Under the pieces are notes generated by a model. That model had not been told where the DNA came from. It was given only the letters and a program-made list of their open reading frames with translations, and did no database searches. Positions 16,693 to 22,233 of a DNA stretch of 22,233 bases are shown one piece after another. This DNA is from Candidatus Coprovivens sp. (GTDB lineage: Bacteria > Bacillota_I > Bacilli_A > RF39 > UBA660): NCBI GenBank assembly GCA_051892935.1, contig JBJFGS010000016.1:1-22233 (forward strand), written 5' to 3'. Numbering within the stretch: the first letter of the stretch is position 1; every line of letters starts with the position of its first letter. Both the position numbers and the translations under genes were made by a program.

Positions 16693-17922
16693 ATGAAAGA
16701 GAAATTAGAAAAATATGCTAAAACAATTTTAGTAACATGCTTAAAAATTGAAGAAAATCAACCATTATTTATTAGTGCAAATTACGAAAGAAAAGACTTT
16801 GTTAGAATACTAGCTAATGAAGCATATAAATTGGGAGTTAAAGACATATATTTTGACTTAACAGATGTTGAATTAAAACATGATGCTTTACTTAATTTAA
16901 AAGAAGAAGATTTAAAAAAGCTTCAATTTTGGAATAAAGAAAAATGGAATGAATATGCCAAAAATGGTGCAGCATTTATTATGCTTGCATCAGAAACACC
17001 AGGTTTAATGAAAGACATTGATTCTAAAAAAATAAGTGACCTAACAATTCATGCCTTTAATACTCGTAAAGAATTTGATGATTTAAGAGATAAATCAATG
17101 GTACCATGGTGTATAGCTGCAGTCCCAACAGAATTATGGGCAAAACAAGTTTTCCCAAATAGTAAAAACCCATTAAATGATTTATGGGAAAAAATATTTG
17201 AAATATGCCAAATTAATAAATCAAATCCCGAAGAAATATGGAATAACAATATTGACAAGCTAAGTAAACGTTCTGAGAAACTAACATCATATCAATTTAA
17301 AAAACTTAAATATAAAAATTCTTTAGGAACAGATTTTGAAATAGAACTACCTAAAAATCATTTGTGGTGCTCAGGTAAAAGTGTTCTAAAAAATGGTAAA
17401 GAAGTATTAGTAAATTATCCAACTGTTGAAGTATTCACCTCACCAACTAATGATTCAGCAAGTGGAATAGTATATTCTGCCAAACCATTAGCATATCAAG
17501 ATAATATAATAAATAACTTTTGGTTAAAGTTTTCAAAAGGAGTAGTCACTGATTGTGGAGCAAAAACAGGTGAAGAAACATTAAAAAATATAATTTCATC
17601 ATGTGAAGGTGCAAACAGATTGGGAGAAGTAGCTTTAGTTGAATACGATTCACCAATATCCAAAACAGATATTACCTTTTACGAAACATTATTTGATGAA
17701 AATGCATCTTGTCACTTAGCTCTTGGTGCATCATTCCCAGAATGTGTAATCGATGGCCCAGAAATGTCAAGAGAAAAATTAACAGAATTAAAACTAAATG
17801 ATTGTACTAACCATGTTGACTTTATGATTGGAACAAAAGATTTAACAATCATTGGAATAACTGAAAATAACGAAGAAATATCGATTTTTGAAAATGGAAA
17901 CTTCACAGAATTATTCAAATAA
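16693..17922 (+). CDS. aminopeptidase, family M29 (AmpS/PepS/AmpT type)
   Basis: LEKYAK, WCIAAVP..WA..VFP, NYPTVEVFTSP, LGEVALV, TLFDENASCHLALG, HVDFMIG. Confidence 0.95.
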   Translation: MKEKLEKYAKTILVTCLKIEENQPLFISANYERKDFVRILANEAYKLGVKDIYFDLTDVELKHDALLNLKEEDLKKLQFWNKEKWNEYAKNGAAFIMLASETPGLMKDIDSKKISDLTIHAFNTRKEFDDLRDKSMVPWCIAAVPTELWAKQVFPNSKNPLNDLWEKIFEICQINKSNPEEIWNNNIDKLSKRSEKLTSYQFKKLKYKNSLGTDFEIELPKNHLWCSGKSVLKNGKEVLVNYPTVEVFTSPTNDSASGIVYSAKPLAYQDNIINNFWLKFSKGVVTDCGAKTGEETLKNIISSCEGANRLGEVALVEYDSPISKTDITFYETLFDENASCHLALGASFPECVIDGPEMSREKLTELKLNDCTNHVDFMIGTKDLTIIGITENNEEISIFENGNFTELFK

Positions 17923-17982
17923 AAACAATGTAAACATAAAATGTTAATATACACTAAAAAAAGAGTCGAAAAATTAAGTGAT

Positions 17983-18011
17983 TTGACTTAGTATTAATAA
18001 TAAAGTAAAAT
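17983..18011 (+). promoter_or_regulatory. sigma-A promoter
   Basis: TTGACT (17983-17988), 17 nt spacer, TAAAAT (18006-18011). Confidence 0.65.
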
Positions 18012-18035
18012 TAAATCATACAAAGGAGAATTTGT

Positions 18036-18953
18036 ATGAATAAAAAAAGACATAAACTACGCCTTAGAAAACAAGTGGTAATATGCCTTCCGGTTCTATT
18101 AATAATTACTTTCATTACCCTTGGATTTGTTATAAATAAAATGGGTATTTTTTCAAACGAAATATCAAAATCTCAAATCTTAAAATCAAATACCTATGAA
18201 GGAAAAAAACTATCAGATTTAGAATATTTTAAAAACTTAAGCGAAATGATTGAAAAAAGACAAAAAGACAATACGGTCATTTACTATGCTCAAGCATTTA
18301 AATTAGATGTTGAAAAAACCTTGGATTTAGCACATAAATATACAAACAACTATGAAGATGTAGAGTTTAATAAAACCTTTGTTATAGGACCAAATAATAT
18401 AAAAAGCAAAGTCGGTTCACTTAAAAATTTTGAAGCTGGAGTTGTTTACTTTGTTAGAGACCTATATCGCTATCCTGAAAGATATGGCTCATCAATTGAA
18501 GAAATACGTACAGATGAAACTCCAACCCTTAAGATTAAATCAAGTGATGGTAATATATATATGGATAATGGCTTAACATTCGAACAATACATCGGTAAAA
18601 TATGTGACTTGTTCGAAGTTGATAAAACAACAGCTTTAGCAATTTCATATCAAGAATCCGGAATAAAAACTAGTAACCTTTTTAAAAATAGTAACAACAT
18701 TGGCGGTCATCGTGGATATGATGGATGGATGAAATATACAACCTTAGAAGCGGGCATAATTGCTCATATTATCTCAATTAAAGCTATGCAAGATAACTAT
18801 AACTTAGATTTATCTACCGAAGAAGGTTTACTATCACTTTCAGGAATATATGTTAATGGTAACATTTCCAAACCAAAATATACTTGGTTTGAAAAAGTAT
18901 CAATCTTTAAAAATAGAATAGAAGAAAAAGATTTATTCACAATAAAAGAATAA
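18036..18953 (+). CDS. membrane-anchored lysozyme-superfamily (glucosaminidase/GH73-like) protein with tandem duplicated domain
   Basis: basic N-terminus plus one TM helix; ALAISYQESG..LFKNSNNIGG..YTTLEAGI pattern. Confidence 0.7.
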   Translation: MNKKRHKLRLRKQVVICLPVLLIITFITLGFVINKMGIFSNEISKSQILKSNTYEGKKLSDLEYFKNLSEMIEKRQKDNTVIYYAQAFKLDVEKTLDLAHKYTNNYEDVEFNKTFVIGPNNIKSKVGSLKNFEAGVVYFVRDLYRYPERYGSSIEEIRTDETPTLKIKSSDGNIYMDNGLTFEQYIGKICDLFEVDKTTALAISYQESGIKTSNLFKNSNNIGGHRGYDGWMKYTTLEAGIIAHIISIKAMQDNYNLDLSTEEGLLSLSGIYVNGNISKPKYTWFEKVSIFKNRIEEKDLFTIKE

Positions 18954-18962
18954 GTCTTTTTT
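18925..18962 (+). terminator. intrinsic terminator overlapping the stop codon
   Basis: AAAAGATTTATTC / GAATAAGTCTTTT stem (one G-U) followed by T run. Confidence 0.6.
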
Positions 18963-18980
18963 AATTTTATAAATTAATTA

Positions 18981-19052
18981 TTGCATTTTTTAGTAAAAAT
19001 TAGTACAATAATACTCACATTTATTGACTTTATCAGTCAAAAATAATATAAT
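18981..19052 (+). promoter_or_regulatory. tandem sigma-A promoters upstream of rsmC-rpoB, the second with a palindrome over its -35
   Basis: TTGCAT-17-TACAAT (18981-19009) and TTGACT-17-TATAAT (19024-19052); TTGACT-N5-AGTCAA at 19024-19040. Confidence 0.65.
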
Positions 19053-19092
19053 TAAATATATTATGTCTTAAGAAAAAGGAACCGGTGATTCT

Positions 19093-19692
19093 TTGGAACA
19101 GTATTTTACAAACAATCCTAATTTAAAAAGTGAACTACGTACTATTGTCTACAAATACAAGGGGCTAACTATGTCCTTTTTTAGCGATAATGGTGTTTTT
19201 TCTAAAGACAAATTGGATTATGGAAGTACTTTGCTTCTAGAAACAGTATTTGATAAAGTTAATAAAGAAAATTTAAATATATTAGATGTTGGTTGTGGAT
19301 ATGGATTTTTAGGAATATCCCTAGCTAAAATAATGAATGCACAAGTAACAATGTGCGACGTTAACAAAAGAGCTCTACACTTAACAGAAAGAAATGCTAA
19401 AGAAAATGGCGTTGATGATTCTGTTAAAGTGATAGAAAGTAATATTTACCAGAATATTACTGATATATATGATTTAATCATAACAAATCCTCCAATAAGA
19501 GCAGGCAAAGAAGTTGTCTATGGAATATTGGATGGAGCAAGAGACCGTCTTAAAGCGAAGGGTGAGCTGTGGTTCGTTATACGAAAAGATCAAGGAGCTA
19601 AAAGTACTATAAAACACATGGAAGAAAACTATGATGTTGAAATAGTAACTAAAAGCAAAGGCTTTTATATAATAAAAGCCAAAAATCGTTGA
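19093..19692 (+). CDS. rsmC: class I SAM-dependent methyltransferase, RsmC/YbxB family
   Basis: MEQYF, GVFSKDKLDYGS, ILDVGCGYG, ITNPPIRAGK, KDQGAKS; conserved position before rpoB; TTG start. Confidence 0.92.
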   Translation: MEQYFTNNPNLKSELRTIVYKYKGLTMSFFSDNGVFSKDKLDYGSTLLLETVFDKVNKENLNILDVGCGYGFLGISLAKIMNAQVTMCDVNKRALHLTERNAKENGVDDSVKVIESNIYQNITDIYDLIITNPPIRAGKEVVYGILDGARDRLKAKGELWFVIRKDQGAKSTIKHMEENYDVEIVTKSKGFYIIKAKNR

Positions 19693-19717
19693 CAATGAAC
19701 TTTACATCACTTAGAAT
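19689..19717 (+). promoter_or_regulatory. sigma-A promoter of rpoB
   Basis: TTGACA (19689-19694, overlapping the rsmC TGA), 17 nt spacer, TAGAAT (19712-19717). Confidence 0.75.
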
Positions 19718-19723
19718 TAATCG

Positions 19724-19762
19724 TTAGTGACGTATTGTTTTTTCGGCGAAAAACAACACTAA
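19724..19762 (+). other. stem-loop in the rpoB 5' leader
   Basis: TTAGTG-(acgta bulge)-TTGTTTTTT-cggc-GAAAAACAA-CACTAA. Confidence 0.55.
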
Positions 19763-19787
19763 AAATAGGTATAGGGGTGAAACACAA

Positions 19788-22233
19788 ATGGCAAAAATGG
19801 CACAATTTGGAGACCACGCGCAAAGAAAAACATTCTCCAAAATCAAAAACACCTTAGAATTAACAGACTTATTAGAAATTCAAAAGAAATCATACCAAAG
19901 ATTTCTAGAAGAAGGAATCAAGGAAGTATTTGAAGAATTATTTCCTGTAGAAAGTTTCACTGGTAACATTTCACTTGAACTAGGAGATTACTATTTTGAA
20001 ACTCCTAGATACACAGTAAAAGAAGCTAAAGAACGTATGGTTAACTATGCAGCACCATTAAAAGTTCAAGCTCGTGTATTTATTCACGAAACAGGTGAAG
20101 TAAAAGAACAAGAAATATTCCTAGGCGATTTACCATTAATGACTGAAGCTGGTACATTCATTATCAATGGTGCTGAACGTGTTATCGTTTCTCAATTAGT
20201 AAGAAGTCCTTCAGTTTACTACAAAAAAGAAATTGATAAAAATGGAAGAAGAATAATTTCTGGTGAAATAATCCCTAACAAAGGTACTTGGTTAGAATAC
20301 GAATTAGATGCAAGAGACATCTATTACGTTCGTATCGACAGAACTCGTAAAGTAGTTATTACTGCTTTCTTAAGAGCTTTAGGTTTATCTTCTAATGAAG
20401 AAATATTAGAAGTATTTGGTGAAGACAAATACCTAATTAATACTTTAGAAAAAGATAATACTAAAAACTCAGATGAAGCATTAATCGAAATTTACGAAAA
20501 ATTAAGGCCTGGAGAACCTGCAACATTGGATTCTGCTAAGAACCAATTAATTACAAGATTCTTCGACAAATTCCGCTATGATTTACAAAAAGTAGGTCGT
20601 TACAAATTTAATAAAAAATTAAATGTATTAGACAGACTTTTAGGTCAAAAAATAGCTGAAGACATCAAAGATGGAAAAGAAGTAGTAGTTGCAGAAGGTA
20701 CTGTAATTACAAAAGAAATTCTTGAACAAATTCGTCCATTATTCGAAGCTGGTTATGGTGTAAAAGAAGTAACTATTAACGAAGAACTAGATGAATACAA
20801 TAAGATTCAAGAAATAAAAGTATATGATAAAGATGATGAAACTATTATTCACAAGATAATTGGTAACGATCAAACAATTGATTCACGTCGCCTAACAATT
20901 TCTGATATTTATGCATCAGTTTCATATTATTTAAATTTACAATATGGAATTGGTAATGATGATGAAATCGACCATTTAGGAAATAGACGTGTTCGTCAAG
21001 TTGGTGAATTGATTCAAACTCAATTCCGTGTTGGTATGTCTCGTATGGAAAGAGTTATTAGAGAAAGAATGACTACTCAAGAAATTGACACAGTTACTCC
21101 AAAAACTTTAATTAACATTCGTCCAGTAACAGCATGCCTAAAAGAATTCTTCGGTTCATCACAATTATCAAAATTCATGGATCAAATTAATCCAATTGCA
21201 GAATTAACAGATAAAAGACGTCTATCATGCTTAGGACCTGGAGGTCTATCTCGTGAAAGAGCTGGTATGGAAGTTCGTGACGTTAATCCAAGTCACTATG
21301 GACGTATCTGCCCAATCGAATCTCCAGAAGGTCAAAATATCGGTCTTATTACATCTTTAGCATCTTATGCTAAGATAAATGAATATGGATTCATAATGAC
21401 TCCATATAGAAAAGTAGTTAATTCAAAATTAACAGATGAAATAGTTTATTTAACTGCTGATGAAGAAGCAGACTATTATATTTCACAAGCTACATTACAT
21501 ATTAATGACGATAACGAAATTGTAGATGAAAAAGTTATTGCTCGTTTAAATGGTGATACAGTTATGGTGTCAAAAGATAAAGTTAATTTTGTCGATGTTG
21601 CACCAAACCAAATCGTATCTATAACAACAAGTTGTATTCCATTCCTAGAACACGACGATGCAACTCGTGCCCTAATGGGTGCCAACATGCAACGTCAAGC
21701 TGTTCCTTTATTAAAAGCAGAAGCTCCAATAGTAGGTACAGGTATGGAATATATCGCTGCTCGTGATTCAGGTTCAACAATCGTATGTAAAGCTGATGGA
21801 GTAGTTGAATACGCTGATGGTAAAAAGATACTTGTTAAAACAGCAGGTGGACAAGATACATATTATCTAGCTAATTTCGAAAGAAGTAATGATGCTTCTA
21901 ACATTAATCATCACCCACTTGTAAAAAAAGGTGATAAGGTTCATAAAGGTATGGTTATCGCTGATGGACCATCAACAGAAAATGGTGAATTAGCATTAGG
22001 TAAAAACATGACAATAGCTTTCATGACATGTAATGGATATAACTATGAAGATGCTGTTGTATTAAATGAAAGATTAGTTAAAGAAGATGTCTATACATCT
22101 CTACATATTGAACATTACGACATAGATTGCCGCGATACAAAATTAGGACCAGAAGAAATCACAAGAGACATTCCTAATGTTGGTGAAGAAGCTCGTAAAA
22201 ATCTTGATGCTAATGGTATCGTAAGAATTGGTA
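19788..22233 (+). CDS. rpoB: DNA-directed RNA polymerase subunit beta (partial, runs off the window end)
   Basis: not in the ORF track because it has no stop in the window; translated by hand: MAKMAQFGDHAQRKTFSKI..LLEIQKKSY, GTFIINGAERVIVSQLVRSP, DHLGNRR, LEHDDATRALMGANMQRQAVP, GYNYEDA, TKLGPEEITRDIPNV; RBS AGGGGTG. Confidence 0.99.
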   Translation, partial: MAKMAQFGDHAQRKTFSKIKNTLELTDLLEIQKKSYQRFLEEGIKEVFEELFPVESFTGNISLELGDYYFETPRYTVKEAKERMVNYAAPLKVQARVFIHETGEVKEQEIFLGDLPLMTEAGTFIINGAERVIVSQLVRSPSVYYKKEIDKNGRRIISGEIIPNKGTWLEYELDARDIYYVRIDRTRKVVITAFLRALGLSSNEEILEVFGEDKYLINTLEKDNTKNSDEALIEIYEKLRPGEPATLDSAKNQLITRFFDKFRYDLQKVGRYKFNKKLNVLDRLLGQKIAEDIKDGKEVVVAEGTVITKEILEQIRPLFEAGYGVKEVTINEELDEYNKIQEIKVYDKDDETIIHKIIGNDQTIDSRRLTISDIYASVSYYLNLQYGIGNDDEIDHLGNRRVRQVGELIQTQFRVGMSRMERVIRERMTTQEIDTVTPKTLINIRPVTACLKEFFGSSQLSKFMDQINPIAELTDKRRLSCLGPGGLSRERAGMEVRDVNPSHYGRICPIESPEGQNIGLITSLASYAKINEYGFIMTPYRKVVNSKLTDEIVYLTADEEADYYISQATLHINDDNEIVDEKVIARLNGDTVMVSKDKVNFVDVAPNQIVSITTSCIPFLEHDDATRALMGANMQRQAVPLLKAEAPIVGTGMEYIAARDSGSTIVCKADGVVEYADGKKILVKTAGGQDTYYLANFERSNDASNINHHPLVKKGDKVHKGMVIADGPSTENGELALGKNMTIAFMTCNGYNYEDAVVLNERLVKEDVYTSLHIEHYDIDCRDTKLGPEEITRDIPNVGEEARKNLDANGIVRIG

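Noticed and set aside
19045-19072. dif-like site (ATATATTATGT)
   Set aside because: Only a partial match to the XerD arm, no plausible XerC arm, and it overlaps a promoter in AT-rich DNA
17049-21688. Minus-strand ORFs 17049-17258, 17712-17954, 19474-19695 and 21476-21688
   Set aside because: Antisense to the aminopeptidase, rsmC and rpoB
1-22233. Mycoplasma-type genetic code 4, suggested by the very low GC
   Set aside because: Trp is encoded by TGG, and TGA ends rsmC and paralog 1 at the expected positions

Overview
Very AT-rich chromosomal segment of a low-GC Bacillota (Bacilli-type) organism using genetic code 11 (TGA is a stop). An uncultured gut lineage such as RF39 is a plausible guess from gene style, but this is inference only. 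Almost all genes are on the + strand. Short pieces of core operons (cotE; rpsP-khpA; uppS-cdsA-rseP; tRNA-Met; an M29 aminopeptidase; rsmC/ybxB-rpoB, with rpoB running off the end) alternate with accessory genes. The accessory genes are two surface proteins (FN3-like with a VPSTG anchor, and an InlB B-repeat protein), an HTH-only AraC regulator divergent from an orphan, soluble VirD4-like ATPase with altered motifs, a compact M3-like HEXXH peptidase plus GNAT pair, a hypothetical gene behind a perfect 14-bp palindrome, an operon of three diverged paralogs of a family I do not recognise, a membrane-anchored beta-helix protein, and a membrane-anchored protein with tandem lysozyme-like domains, one apparently inactive. 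Most notable are the three-paralog operon, the orphan VirD4-like protein, RpoB carrying both Q513K and H526D (E. coli numbering; classic rifampicin-resistance changes), and a sigma-E-like promoter in front of cotE. I found no integrase, transposase, CRISPR array or rRNA.
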